This document shows, in pieces, positions 20,647 through 31,592 of a stretch of 64,000 nucleotides of DNA. Position 1 is the first letter of the stretch, and every line of letters begins with the position of its first letter. Under the pieces are notes generated by a model that was not told the DNA's origin, searched no databases, and saw only the letters and a program-made list of their open reading frames with translations. Made by a program: the position numbers and the translations under genes. The stretch comes from an uncultured Actinomycetota bacterium (GTDB lineage: Bacteria; Actinomycetota; Actinomycetes; Propionibacteriales; Nocardioidaceae), in assembly GCA_963698945.1 (NCBI GenBank), contig CAVOST010000007.1, positions 95,362 through 159,361 of the forward strand, written 5' to 3'.

Positions 20647-22782
20647 TCACACGCCGGCGGGCGTGCGGGTCGGAGTGACGTGGTCGGCGGGCTCGTCGAC
20701 GTCGGTGACCTCCGCGCGGACGGTGGGCAGGGCCCGGTCGAGCCAGGCAGGCATCCACCAGTTCCAGCGGCCGAGGAGGGTCATCGTGGCCGGGACCAGC
20801 ACCATCCGGATCAGCGTCGCGTCCAGGGCGACGGCGACCGCCATGCCCAGGCCGAGCTGCTTGATGACGACGTCGACCTCGGTGGCGAAGCCCAGGAAGA
20901 CGGCGACCATGATGGCGGCGGCGGCCGAGATCACCCTGCCCGTGCTGGACAGGCCGCGCACGACGCTGCCGTGGGCGTCACCGGTGTCCAGCCAGTCCTC
21001 GCGGATCCGCGAGAGCAGGAACACCTCGTAGTCCATCGACAGTCCGAAGAGCACCGCGAACAGCAGGATCGGCATCCAGCTCGAGACCGGCATGGCGTGG
21101 TCGAGGCCCAGGAGCTCGGTGCCCCAGCCCCACTGGAAGACCACGGTGAGCACGCCGAACGCCGCGGCGATCGACAGCAGGTTCATCACGGCTGCCTTCA
21201 CCGGGACCACGACCGAGCGGAACACCATCCCGAGCAGCAGCACGGAGACGAGGACCACGAAGCCGACGACCAGCCACAGCCGGGTGTTGAACAGCTCGGC
21301 GATGTCGGCGAACAGCGGGGTGTTGCCGGTGATCTCGACACCGGCCGGGGCCTGCTGCCGCAGGTCCGCGACGAGGTCCGAGGTGCGCTCGTCGGTCGGG
21401 CCGAAGGCCGGCTCGGCCGAGAAGATCCGCAGGGCCTGGTCCGGCGAGGTCGCCACTGGCGTGACCGTGGCGATGTCGTCGCGATCGGCCACCTTCCGGG
21501 CAAGGGCAGCGGTCCCGGTCTCGTCGAGCCGGTCGGCCTGGACGACGTACAGCAGGGGGCCGTTGGCGCCGGGACCGAACTCGGCGGCGACCAGGTCGTA
21601 GGCCTTGCGCGTGGTCAGCTCGGAGGACTGGGCCGAGGAGTCCTGCGGCCAGGTCCGCATGCCCAGCGCGGGGGCAGCCAGGGTGAGCATGACCACGGTC
21701 GCGACCAGGGCCCAGACGACCGGGCGGCGGGTGACGCGGGTGGCCCAGCGCTCCATGACCGGCGTGCCCTTGCGGGCGCGGCCCCGGCGGACCCGGCGCG
21801 GGAGCAGCCGGCGACCGAACAGGCCGCAGAAGGCCGGGACCAGGGTGAGCGCCGACAGGGCGACGAACACGACGGCGATCGCGGTGGCGTAGCCGAAGGC
21901 GTCGTACGTCGGCAGCCCGGCCAGCTTGAGTCCCAGGAGCGAGACCAGCACGGTCGAGGAGGCGAACACCACCGAGCGGCCGGCGGTGGCGACGGCGCGT
22001 CCTGCCGCCTCCTGCTTGTCGAGGCCGGAGCCGAGGAACTCGGCGAACCGCGTGACCATCAGCAGCGCGTAGTCGATGCCGACGCCCAGCGCCACCATCG
22101 AGGCCACCATGGGGGCTGCGGTGCTCACGTCCATGGTGGCCGCCAGCAGGGTGATGCCGGCGGACCCGACCGCGAGACCACCCAGGGCGACCACGACCGG
22201 CACGCCTGCGCCCACCACCGAGCCGAACGCCAGCACCAGGATGAGCAGGGCCGCCGTGACTCCGATGAGCTCGCCGCTGCCCCGCATGGGCGCTGCGGCG
22301 GTGTCCGGGAGGCCGCCACCGAGCTCGACCTGGATGCCCGCGTCGCGGGTGGGCGCCACGGCCCGGTCGAGCGGCGCGAGGTTCTCGTACAGGTCGTGGT
22401 GGGTGACCTCGACGTCGTACTCCACCGCCAGGATCGCCGTGTCACCGTCGGGGCTGATCCGCGGCGGGGAGACGGAGACGACGTGGTCCATCGACTGCAG
22501 CCGCTCGGTCAGCGGAGTGATCACCGAGGCGCCGAGCTTGTTGCCGTCGGGGTCGTGGACGACGACGCGGGCGTCGGCGTTGCCCGCTCCCGGGGTGTGC
22601 GCCCGGAGCTGGTCGATGCCGACCTGGGCCCTGGCGTCCGGGATGTTCCAGTTGTCCTGGGGTGTGCCGCCGAAGCTGGCGGCGAGCGCGAAGACCGACG
22701 CGGCGACGACGGCCCAGGCGGCGAGCGTGCGCCACGGGTGGGCCGCGGTGGTGCGGCCGAGGCGGTGGAGGAACTGGGACAT
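20647..22782 (-). CDS. MMPL family RND transporter
   Basis: 'GVGIDYALL', 'TAGRSV', 'GLSMDYEVFLLSR', 'LDATLIRMVLVPA'; GAGGAG RBS. Confidence 0.92.
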   Translation of the reverse strand: MSQFLHRLGRTTAAHPWRTLAAWAVVAASVFALAASFGGTPQDNWNIPDARAQVGIDQLRAHTPGAGNADARVVVHDPDGNKLGASVITPLTERLQSMDHVVSVSPPRISPDGDTAILAVEYDVEVTHHDLYENLAPLDRAVAPTRDAGIQVELGGGLPDTAAAPMRGSGELIGVTAALLILVLAFGSVVGAGVPVVVALGGLAVGSAGITLLAATMDVSTAAPMVASMVALGVGIDYALLMVTRFAEFLGSGLDKQEAAGRAVATAGRSVVFASSTVLVSLLGLKLAGLPTYDAFGYATAIAVVFVALSALTLVPAFCGLFGRRLLPRRVRRGRARKGTPVMERWATRVTRRPVVWALVATVVMLTLAAPALGMRTWPQDSSAQSSELTTRKAYDLVAAEFGPGANGPLLYVVQADRLDETGTAALARKVADRDDIATVTPVATSPDQALRIFSAEPAFGPTDERTSDLVADLRQQAPAGVEITGNTPLFADIAELFNTRLWLVVGFVVLVSVLLLGMVFRSVVVPVKAAVMNLLSIAAAFGVLTVVFQWGWGTELLGLDHAMPVSSWMPILLFAVLFGLSMDYEVFLLSRIREDWLDTGDAHGSVVRGLSSTGRVISAAAAIMVAVFLGFATEVDVVIKQLGLGMAVAVALDATLIRMVLVPATMTLLGRWNWWMPAWLDRALPTVRAEVTDVDEPADHVTPTRTPAGV

Positions 22783-22839
22783 CGGGATCTCCTCGGGGAG
22801 GGGCGTGGTTCTCGGGCAGGACGAATGTCGGACACGGGC

Positions 22840-22878
22840 CTTGCACCGCACTGGTGCGCGACTTGAATGCCTCTTGAA
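22840..22878 (-). promoter_or_regulatory. 11-bp-period direct repeats upstream of MMPL (candidate SARP boxes)
   Basis: CTTGCA 22840, CTGGTG 22851, CTTGAA 22862, CTTGAA 22873. Confidence 0.55.
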
Positions 22879-22919
22879 CTGCCCGCACCGCCGCGGGACC
22901 CGGCGGGCACAATGACCGG

Positions 22920-23791
<872 letters not shown>

Positions 23792-23795
<4 letters not shown>

Positions 23796-25210
23796 CGCTC
23801 CTCGACCGCCACATCGCCTTCGTCGAGGCGCTCCGCGACGCGGGACTGCCCGTGTCGCTGGCCGAGGGCCTCGACGGCATCGCCGCGATCGGTCGCCTGG
23901 GCCTCGACGACCGCGAGACGCTCCGGACGGCGTACGCCGCCACCCTGGTCAAGCGCCAGAACCACCGCCCCGGCTTCGACCAGGTCTTCGACCTCTACTG
24001 GCCGGCGCTGGTGGGAGAGGGCCACGACTCCAATTCCGGGTACTCCGAGGCTGAAATGTCGTCCGCGGGCCCTCCTGACGACCTTTCGACCTCGGACTAC
24101 CCGGAATTGCGGGACGGGCCGCAGGCACTGGCGGACTTCAGGGAGGCGCTGACGACGGGGTTGGCGATGGGGGATCCCGACGCGCTGACCACGCTGGCGC
24201 GGGAGGCGGTGCAGCGGTTCGGGCTGATCCGGGGCCGCGGGCCGGGGGAGCAGCGCTGGTCGTCGTACAACGTGATGAACCGGGTCGCTCCGGCCGAGCT
24301 GGTCGCCAAGGCCCTGGCCGGCCTGGGGGTCCCCGCCGGCGACGACGACCCGTCGCTGCGGCGGCTGGTCGAGGCGCAGGTGCGGGCGTTCGAGGACCTG
24401 GTCGACACCGAGGTACGACGGCGCGCGGCCGAGGTGCGTGGGCCCCGGCACGTCGCCCAGCACACCGTGAAGCCGGCGATCGAGCAGGTCGAGTTCACCT
24501 CGGCCCGCAAGGCCGACCTGGAGCTGATGCGCCGCGAGATCCAACCGCTCGCCCGGCGTCTCGCGACGCGGGTCAGCAGGGAGCAGCACGCCCGCCGCGG
24601 CCGGCCACTCGACTTCCGCCGGACCGTGCGGGCGTCGATGTCCAGCGGCGGCGTGCCGCTCGAGACCCGCCACCGGCCGAAGCGTCCCGGCCGGACCGAC
24701 CTCGTCGTGCTGTGCGACGTCAGCGGCTCGGTCGCGAGCTTCGCGGGCTTCACGCTGATGCTGGTCTTCGCGCTGCGCGAGCAGTTCAACCGGGTACGGG
24801 CCTTCACCTTCGTCGACGACATCCACGAGGTGACCGACCGCTTCACACCGGGGGCCGACCCCGCCCGGACCATGTCGGACCTGGCGGCGAGCGCGCGCTA
24901 CGCCAGCCTGTGGGGCCGCACCAACTACGGCCGCGCCTTCACCCGCTTCTCCGAGTCGTACGGCGACGCGCTGACCCCGAAGACCAACCTGCTCGTGCTC
25001 GGCGACGCGCGCTCCAACCACTCCGACCTGGCGCTGCCGGTGGTCAAGGACCTCGTCCACGCCGCGCGCCACAGCTGGTGGCTCAACCCCGAGCACCACC
25101 GCAACTGGAACACCGGCGACTCGGCCGCCCGGGAGTACGGGCAGCTGGTGCCGATGATCGAGTGCCGCAACCTCACCCAGCTCGGGGAGTTCGTCCACGA
25201 CCTCGCCTGA
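23792..25210 (+). CDS. CoxE-like VWA domain protein (carries in-frame palindrome)
   Basis: 'LDFRRTVRAS', MIDAS 'DVSGS', 'LGDARSN', 'WLNPE'. Confidence 0.9.
24031..24109. repeat. 79-bp palindrome embedded in the VWA coding sequence
   Basis: Arms 24031-24063 and 24077-24109 match at 29/33; lower GC than the flanks. Confidence 0.9.
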
Positions 25211-25230
25211 GCCCGTCGTACCGTGGAGCC

Positions 25231-26178
25231 ATGCCTCATCGCGCTCTCGGGACGGCCCTGGTCGCTGCCCTCGCGCTGCTCCTCAGCGGCTGCGCGACCA
25301 CGAAGGGCTCCGACCACGACGGCGGCGCCGACCGGGTACGGGCCTATGCGGTGTCGGGCGCGGGCACGGGCTCGACCGTCCGGGTCGTGGCGTCCGGCGA
25401 CATCGCCTGCCAGCCCGACATGCCCACGACGCCGCAGCAGTGCCAGCAGGCCGCCACCGCCGCGCTGGCGCGCCGCCTCGAACCGGACCTGGTCCTGCCG
25501 CTGGGCGACCTGCAGTACCAGAACGCCACGCCCTCGGACTTCGCGGCCTCCTACGCGAAGTCGTGGGGCCAGCTGCTGTCGGTGACCCGGCCCACGATCG
25601 GCAACCACGAGTACCTGACGCCCGGCGCCAAGGGTTACTACGACTACTTCAGTGGCCGGCAGCCTGGGCCTCCCGGGTACTACCGGGTGCACGTCGGCCG
25701 CTGGCAGCTCTACCTCCTCAACAGCAACTGCGACAAGGTGAGCTGCGGGGCGGAGGCCGCCTGGCTCGACCGCCAGATGGCCGCACACCCGGCGAGGTGC
25801 TCGCTCGTGACGATGCACCACCCCCGCTACAGCTCGGGCGGGGAGCACGGCAACGACGCCGCGGTGGTCCCGCTGTGGCGGGCAGCGCTGCGGCACCGCA
25901 ACGACCTCGTGCTGTCGGGCCACGACCACGACTACGAGCGGTTCAAGCGCATGGACGCTCGCGGTCGCCTCAAGCCCCGACGGGGGATGCTCGAGATCGT
26001 CTCCGGGGTCGGCGGCCGCAACTTCTACCCGCTCGGGCGGCGCAAGCGCGGGTCGGTGTACGCCCAGGCCAGCGTCTTCGGGGTGCTCCAGCTCGACCTG
26101 CGACCGCGCTCCTTCTCGTGGGCGTTCCGCGGCATCGACGGCCGGACCCTCGACTCCGGCTGGCGTCGCTGTCTGTGA
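25231..26178 (+). CDS. Metallophosphoesterase lipoprotein
   Basis: Lipobox 'LLSGC'; 'GDIA', 'GDLQY', 'GNHEY', 'HHP', 'GHDHDYER'. Confidence 0.85.
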   Translation: MPHRALGTALVAALALLLSGCATTKGSDHDGGADRVRAYAVSGAGTGSTVRVVASGDIACQPDMPTTPQQCQQAATAALARRLEPDLVLPLGDLQYQNATPSDFAASYAKSWGQLLSVTRPTIGNHEYLTPGAKGYYDYFSGRQPGPPGYYRVHVGRWQLYLLNSNCDKVSCGAEAAWLDRQMAAHPARCSLVTMHHPRYSSGGEHGNDAAVVPLWRAALRHRNDLVLSGHDHDYERFKRMDARGRLKPRRGMLEIVSGVGGRNFYPLGRRKRGSVYAQASVFGVLQLDLRPRSFSWAFRGIDGRTLDSGWRRCL

Positions 26179-26265
26179 GAAAACGAGACTTCCTGCGCGG
26201 CCGGCGACGTGCGTCAGTAGAATCGAGTCTTTGCTTTTGAGTTTCCCCGTCGAAGGGCACCTTCG

Positions 26266-28404
26266 TTGAGCGATGACGTGGCCGCGCGCGAGATCGCGCG
26301 CGAGCAGGAGTACGTCGACACCGTGTACGCCCAGCTCGAGAAGGCGTCCGCGTCGGCGCAGGAGCTGGCGAAGGAAGGTCTCGAGCGCGGCCGCATCGGC
26401 AACGAGGGCGGGCTCGTCGAGCGCGACGCCATGGTCTTCCAGGCCGCGCGCCGGATGGCGAGCCTGGACGCGGCGCACGAGGGCCTGGTCTTCGGACGCC
26501 TCGACATGCGGCCGGAGGTCACCGGCTCGGCCCGCTACATCGGCCGCATCGGGCTGCGCGACGACGCGTACGACGTGATGCTCATCGACTGGCGAGCACC
26601 CGCGGCTGCGGTCTTCTACCAGGCCACCCAGGCCGACCCGCTGGGCGTCGTACGCCGCCGCATCCTGCGTTCCAAGGGCGTCACCGTCCTCGGCGTGGAG
26701 GACGACCTGATCGACCCCGAGAGCCCCAACGCCGAGGAGCTGCCGATCATCGGCGAGGGCGCGCTGCTGGCCCAGCTGTCCAGGGCCCGGGACCGCTCGA
26801 TGCACTCGATCGTGGCCACGATCCAGGCCGAGCAGGACCGTGCCATCCGCGCCCCCAACAGGGGTGTCGTCGCGATCAGCGGCGGGCCGGGCACCGGCAA
26901 GACCGTGGTGGCGCTGCACCGCGTTGCCTTCCTGCTCTACGGCGAGCGTCGTCGCTACGAGTCCGGCGGCGTGCTGGTCGTGGGTCCCTCCGGGGTGTTC
27001 ATGCGCTACATCGAGCGGGTGCTGCCGTCGCTCGGCGAGACGGCGGTGGCGCTGCGCTCGTTGGGCGAGGTCGTCGACGGCGTCCGCGCCACCCGCCGCG
27101 ACGAGCCCGCGGTGGCGGAGGTCAAGGGGTCCTCCGCGATGGTCGAGGTGCTGCGTCGCACCGCCCGCCAGGCCGTGCCGGACGCCCCACGTGAGTTCCG
27201 CGTCTTCTACCGCGACGACGTCATCAGGCTCGGTCCACGTGAGCTCGGCTCGCTGCGGCGCCAGCTGCTGTCAGGGGGTCGCCGCAACCGCTCGACGACG
27301 CGGGTGGCGTCGATGCTCATCGACACCATGTGGCGGCAGGTCCGCAGCGAGCGGGCCCGCGAGCGCACCAAGGACGACTTCGCCGAGGAGATGCGCACCA
27401 ACGACGAGTTCCTCGACTTCGCGACCGCGTGGTGGCCGGTGCTCGACGCCGCGACCGTGCTCGGCTGGCTGCGGGACCCCGAGATGATGTCGCGCGTGAG
27501 CGAGGGCGTGCTCGACGAGGAGTCGGTCCGGCTGCTGTCGAAGTCGTGGGGCGAGACCATCTCCGTGGAGGACGTGCCGCTGCTCGACGAGCTGCGCTAC
27601 GTGCTCGGTGACCCGCCGATCGTCAACACCGGCTCGATCGACGACGAGGACCTCGGTGTCGTCGACGCCGCCCTGCAGGAGGTCACCACCGCCTCGGAGC
27701 GCGAGTACGCCGGACCCCGCGGCTGGACCCCCCCGACCAACCGGGTCGAGGACGACGCGTTCGCGCACGTCCTGGTCGACGAGGCCCAGGACCTGACCCC
27801 GATGCAGTGGCGGATGGTCGGCCGCCGCGGCAGGCACGCCACCTGGACCGTCGTGGGTGACCCCGCACAGTCGTCGTGGCCGGTGCCCGCGGAAGCGGCT
27901 GCCGCGCGCGAGCAGGCGCTTGCCGACAAGCCGCGGCACGAGTTCCACCTCTCCACCAACTACCGCAACAGCGCGGAGATCTACGACTTCGCCGCCGACT
28001 ACGCCCGCCGCGTGGGCCTCGACGCCGACCTGCCGAACGCGGTCCGCTCCACCGGCGTCGAGCCGTCGGAGCTCGGCGTCGACGACCTCGAGTCCGCGCT
28101 GCGCACCGAGCTCGGCTCGCTGGCCGGAACACTTCCGGGCACGATCGGGGTGGTCGTCCCGATCGCGCGCATCGGCGAGGTCAGCCGGTGGGTCTCCTCG
28201 TGGGAGGAGCTCGCCGCGGAGACCAGGGGCCAGGACAGCCGGGTCGTCGTACTCGCCGGGCTGGACACGAAGGGCCTCGAGTTCGACGGCATCGTCGTGG
28301 TGCAGCCGGAGGAGATCGAGGCCGAGTCGCCCACCGGCCGCGCCACCCTCTACGTCGTCTACACCCGCGCCACCCAGCGGATGGTCACGCTCACCCAGCG
28401 CTGA
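26266..28404 (+). CDS. HelD-like SF1 helicase/ATPase
   Basis: 'YIGRIG...LIDWRAPAA', 'IVATIQAEQD', 'GGPGTGKT', 'VDEAQD', 'KGLEFD', 'YVVYTRAT'. Confidence 0.88.
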   Translation: MSDDVAAREIAREQEYVDTVYAQLEKASASAQELAKEGLERGRIGNEGGLVERDAMVFQAARRMASLDAAHEGLVFGRLDMRPEVTGSARYIGRIGLRDDAYDVMLIDWRAPAAAVFYQATQADPLGVVRRRILRSKGVTVLGVEDDLIDPESPNAEELPIIGEGALLAQLSRARDRSMHSIVATIQAEQDRAIRAPNRGVVAISGGPGTGKTVVALHRVAFLLYGERRRYESGGVLVVGPSGVFMRYIERVLPSLGETAVALRSLGEVVDGVRATRRDEPAVAEVKGSSAMVEVLRRTARQAVPDAPREFRVFYRDDVIRLGPRELGSLRRQLLSGGRRNRSTTRVASMLIDTMWRQVRSERARERTKDDFAEEMRTNDEFLDFATAWWPVLDAATVLGWLRDPEMMSRVSEGVLDEESVRLLSKSWGETISVEDVPLLDELRYVLGDPPIVNTGSIDDEDLGVVDAALQEVTTASEREYAGPRGWTPPTNRVEDDAFAHVLVDEAQDLTPMQWRMVGRRGRHATWTVVGDPAQSSWPVPAEAAAAREQALADKPRHEFHLSTNYRNSAEIYDFAADYARRVGLDADLPNAVRSTGVEPSELGVDDLESALRTELGSLAGTLPGTIGVVVPIARIGEVSRWVSSWEELAAETRGQDSRVVVLAGLDTKGLEFDGIVVVQPEEIEAESPTGRATLYVVYTRATQRMVTLTQR

Positions 28405-28414
28405 GCGGGACTGC

Positions 28415-28504
28415 CGGTTTCCCATGCGAGGAAGGGTTTCTGCCTCCTTGCACAGGAAACTTCCTGTGGTCGGCGGCAATTCGGGTTCCTCCCATGGGAA
28501 ACCG
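28415..28504. repeat. 90-bp nested palindrome between convergent genes
   Basis: Outer arms CGGTTTCCCATGCGAGGAA / TTCCTCCCATGGGAAACCG (18/19); central CACAGGAA-AC-TTCCTGTG. Confidence 0.85.
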
Positions 28505-28522
28505 TCCCCCCGGCGCCGCTCC

Positions 28523-29000
28523 TCAGAAGGGCGGCGGGCCGAGGATCTCGATCGCACCCGTCTGCCTGGCTGCGTCCGCGATCCGGTCGAAGTCGACGGG
28601 GATCGGCTGGCTGCCGGGCGGGGCAGGTTCGCTGGCCATGCGGAAGAACGCCTCGTCGGCTACCAGGGGTCTGGAGGGTCAGCAGACGCGTCTCGGGCGA
28701 GGTGACCATGAACGCGTGCGGCACCCCGCGGGGGACCACCACCACTCCTCCGGTCGACAGCTCGCGTCGTTCTCCCGCGAGGTCCAGCAGGATGTCGCCG
28801 TCGAGGACGTAGAACGTCTCGTCCGACGCGGGATGGATGTGGACGGGCGTCACCTTTCCCTGTTCCCCCTCGAACTCGAACAGCAGGAAGGCGCCACCGG
28901 TCTCCTCCGAGGTGGCAAGCCAGGTGTGCTTCCCACCGCCACTGAACCAGCGCTGCTCGCCCTCGCCGCTGTTGCGGATCGTCGCGCTCAATGTCTCCAT
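28523..29000 (-). CDS. Cupin domain protein (quercetinase-like; frameshift ~28660)
   Basis: 'PVHIHPASDETFYVLDG', 'VPRGVPHAF'; C-terminus 'IEILGPPPF' continues in another frame. Confidence 0.8.
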
Positions 29001-29020
29001 GGTGGTTCCTCACTGTTTCG

Positions 29021-29036
29021 TGGGACTTGAGTCCCA
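29021..29036. promoter_or_regulatory. Palindromic operator (probable TetR site)
   Basis: TGGGACT-TG-AGTCCCA between divergent cupin and TetR genes. Confidence 0.65.
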
Positions 29037-29054
29037 TAAAGAAACTACGGTACC

Positions 29055-29693
29055 GTGAGGACTGTGTCAACGGCGTACGAGGAGTCGGGTCGGACCCGCC
29101 AGAAGCAACGAACACGCAACGACCTGGTGGCCGCTGCGCGTGACCTGATCGCGTCGGGGGGAGCTGCCCCGACCGTCGAGGAAGCAGCAGCAGCGGCCTC
29201 GGTGTCGCGAACGACGGCGTACCGCTACTTCCGCAGCCAGCGTGAGCTGCTCGCCGCCGCCCACCCCGAGGTCGAGCTGACCTCGCTGCTGCCGCCCGAC
29301 ATCGGGGACGATCCCGAGGCGCGGATCGAGGCGGCGGTCCGCGGCTTCACGGCGATGGTGGTCGACACCGAGTCCCAGCAACGCACGATGCTCCGTCTCT
29401 CGCTGGAGGACGACACGTCACCCAGTCAGCTGCCACTGCGGCAGGGGCGGGCGATCGGCTGGTTCTCCGAGGCTCTCGACCCGTTGTCAGGGCGGCTCGG
29501 GACCGAGGGCGTCCGCCGGCTCGCGATCGCCGTGCGCGCGGTGACCGGCATCGAGGCGCTGGTGTGGCTCACCGACGTGGCCGGCCTGACCCGGGAGGAA
29601 GCGGTCGAGCAGATGGCGTGGTCCGCAGTCGCCCTCGTGCGCCGGGCCTCCTCCCCGAACCAGCCGGCAGAGGAAGGGGACGTGCTCCGGTAG
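29055..29693 (+). CDS. TetR/AcrR family regulator
   Basis: HTH 'PTVEEAAAAASVSRTTAYRYF'. Confidence 0.88.
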   Translation: MRTVSTAYEESGRTRQKQRTRNDLVAAARDLIASGGAAPTVEEAAAAASVSRTTAYRYFRSQRELLAAAHPEVELTSLLPPDIGDDPEARIEAAVRGFTAMVVDTESQQRTMLRLSLEDDTSPSQLPLRQGRAIGWFSEALDPLSGRLGTEGVRRLAIAVRAVTGIEALVWLTDVAGLTREEAVEQMAWSAVALVRRASSPNQPAEEGDVLR

Positions 29694-29702
29694 CGTCGCC
29701 GC

Positions 29703-31592
29703 ATGCCCGAGCAGCCCGCCGTCCACGAACTCCTCGAGGAGCTGGTGGGACACGAGGCGTGGGCGGTCATCCGGCTGCGGGACAGCCCCACCGTGACGCT
29801 GGTCGGCGGTTCGCTGAGCCACCTCGAGCGCCTGGCCGAGATCCCGCTCGAGGACGGGGCTCCGCCGGAAGGGCGACGGTTCGACCGCCTGGTCGCGGTG
29901 CCGTTCCGGCAGGTGACCGAGCGCGGCTTCGTCGCCCATGACGACGGCACCCCGTTGGCCGTGGTGGACATCGACCTCGAGCGCGAGGTCCCGCTCGAGC
30001 AGCTCCTCGAGGCGCTGCCGGACAGCGACGTCGCCTTCGTCGACGAGGGCGGGTTCGAGACGAGCGACGACGACTACGCGGCCGTCGTACGACGCATCAT
30101 CGACGACGAGATCGGCAACGGCGAGGGGGCGAACCTGGTCGTCGGGCGCCACTACCGGGCCCGGCTCCGCGACTGGGACCGCGACAAGGCGCTGACGGTG
30201 CTGCGCCGGCTGCTCAGCAGCGAGCGCGGCGCCTACTGGACGTTCTGCTTCTGGACGGGTGAGCGCTTCCTGATCGGCGCCTCGCCGGAACGGCACGTGA
30301 GCGTGCACGGCGGTGACGTGCGGATGAACCCCATCTCCGGGACCTTCCGGCTCCGCGGTGTCGCGGACGACGAGCGCAAGCAGCGGCTGCTGGAGTTCCT
30401 GGCCGACGAGAAGGAGATCTTCGAGCTCTTCATGGTCGTCGACGAGGAGCTGAAGATGATGTGCGACATCTGCCACGAGGGCGGCCAGGTCCTCGGGCCG
30501 TTCCTCAAGCCGATGACCCACCTCGTCCACACCGAGTACCTGCTCGCCGGCCGTACCCACTCCGACGTGCGCGACGTCCTGCGCGACACGATGTTCGCCG
30601 CCACGGTCACCGGTGCGCCCGTCGAGAACGCCTGCCGGCTGATCCACCAGTACGAGAGCGAGGGCCGGGGCTACTACGCGGGGGCGCTCGCGCTGCTCGG
30701 CCGCGACGAGGCCGGTGCTCCGACCGCTGACTCCCCGATCGTCATCCGCACCGCGGACGTGAGTCCCGAGGGCGAGATGCTGGTGACCGCCGGCGCGACC
30801 CTGGTGCGCGACTCCGACCCCGACCACGAGGTGGCCGAGACGCTGGCCAAGGCCGGCGGCATCCTCTCCGCGTTCGGGCTGGCCCCGGGAGCGACGGGTA
30901 CGCCGGACGCGATGACCGACCTGATGCAGGACGAGGACGTGCTGATCGCGCTGAACTCGCGCAACCAGCGGCTCGCGAAGTTCTGGCTCACCGACCAGGC
31001 CGGGGCGGCGCCCGCTCCTGCCCTGGTGGGGAAGAAGATCGCGATCCTGCACGGCGAGGACGACTTCGTGAACATGCTGGCGCACGTGTTCTCGGTGCTC
31101 GGGATGAGCTCGCGCGTCGTACGCCACGAGGACAGCGCGAACGACACCTTCGACGACGTGGACCTCGTCGTCGTGGGGCCGGGACCGGGCGACCCGCGCG
31201 AGCACGACCACCCGAAGATCGCGGCCTACCGCGTGGCCATCGACCGCCTGCTGGCCAGTGGCCGGCCGTTCCTCGCGGTCTGCCTGGGCCACCAGGTGCT
31301 GTGCGACCGGCTCGGGATTCCCCTTGCCTACAAGGACATCGTCTTCCAGGGGACGCAGTCATCGGTCTCCATCGACGGGCGCGAGGAGAAGGTCGGCTTC
31401 TACAACACCTTCGTCGGCCGCCGTGGCGACGACCTCCCCGACGGCGTCACCGTCGAGGCGGACGAGGCGACCGGCGACATCCACCTCGTGGCCGGGCCGA
31501 CCTACCGCGGCGTGCAGTTCCACGCCGAGTCGATCCTCACCGAGAACGGCTTCGCCCTGCTGCGCGGCCTGCTGCTGGACCTGCTCGAGTGA
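29703..31592 (+). CDS. Fused anthranilate synthase/PhzE-like TrpE(G) protein
   Basis: 'GEGANLV', 'GASPERHV', 'MNPISGT', 'ELFMVVDEELKMM', C-terminal GATase 'GPGPGDP..VCLGHQ..QFHAES'. Confidence 0.85.
   Translation: MPEQPAVHELLEELVGHEAWAVIRLRDSPTVTLVGGSLSHLERLAEIPLEDGAPPEGRRFDRLVAVPFRQVTERGFVAHDDGTPLAVVDIDLEREVPLEQLLEALPDSDVAFVDEGGFETSDDDYAAVVRRIIDDEIGNGEGANLVVGRHYRARLRDWDRDKALTVLRRLLSSERGAYWTFCFWTGERFLIGASPERHVSVHGGDVRMNPISGTFRLRGVADDERKQRLLEFLADEKEIFELFMVVDEELKMMCDICHEGGQVLGPFLKPMTHLVHTEYLLAGRTHSDVRDVLRDTMFAATVTGAPVENACRLIHQYESEGRGYYAGALALLGRDEAGAPTADSPIVIRTADVSPEGEMLVTAGATLVRDSDPDHEVAETLAKAGGILSAFGLAPGATGTPDAMTDLMQDEDVLIALNSRNQRLAKFWLTDQAGAAPAPALVGKKIAILHGEDDFVNMLAHVFSVLGMSSRVVRHEDSANDTFDDVDLVVVGPGPGDPREHDHPKIAAYRVAIDRLLASGRPFLAVCLGHQVLCDRLGIPLAYKDIVFQGTQSSVSIDGREEKVGFYNTFVGRRGDDLPDGVTVEADEATGDIHLVAGPTYRGVQFHAESILTENGFALLRGLLLDLLE

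Noticed and set aside
9457-22900. Genomic island integrated at tRNA-Ser
   Set aside because: No integrase, no duplicated tRNA 3' end seen, and no obvious compositional shift.
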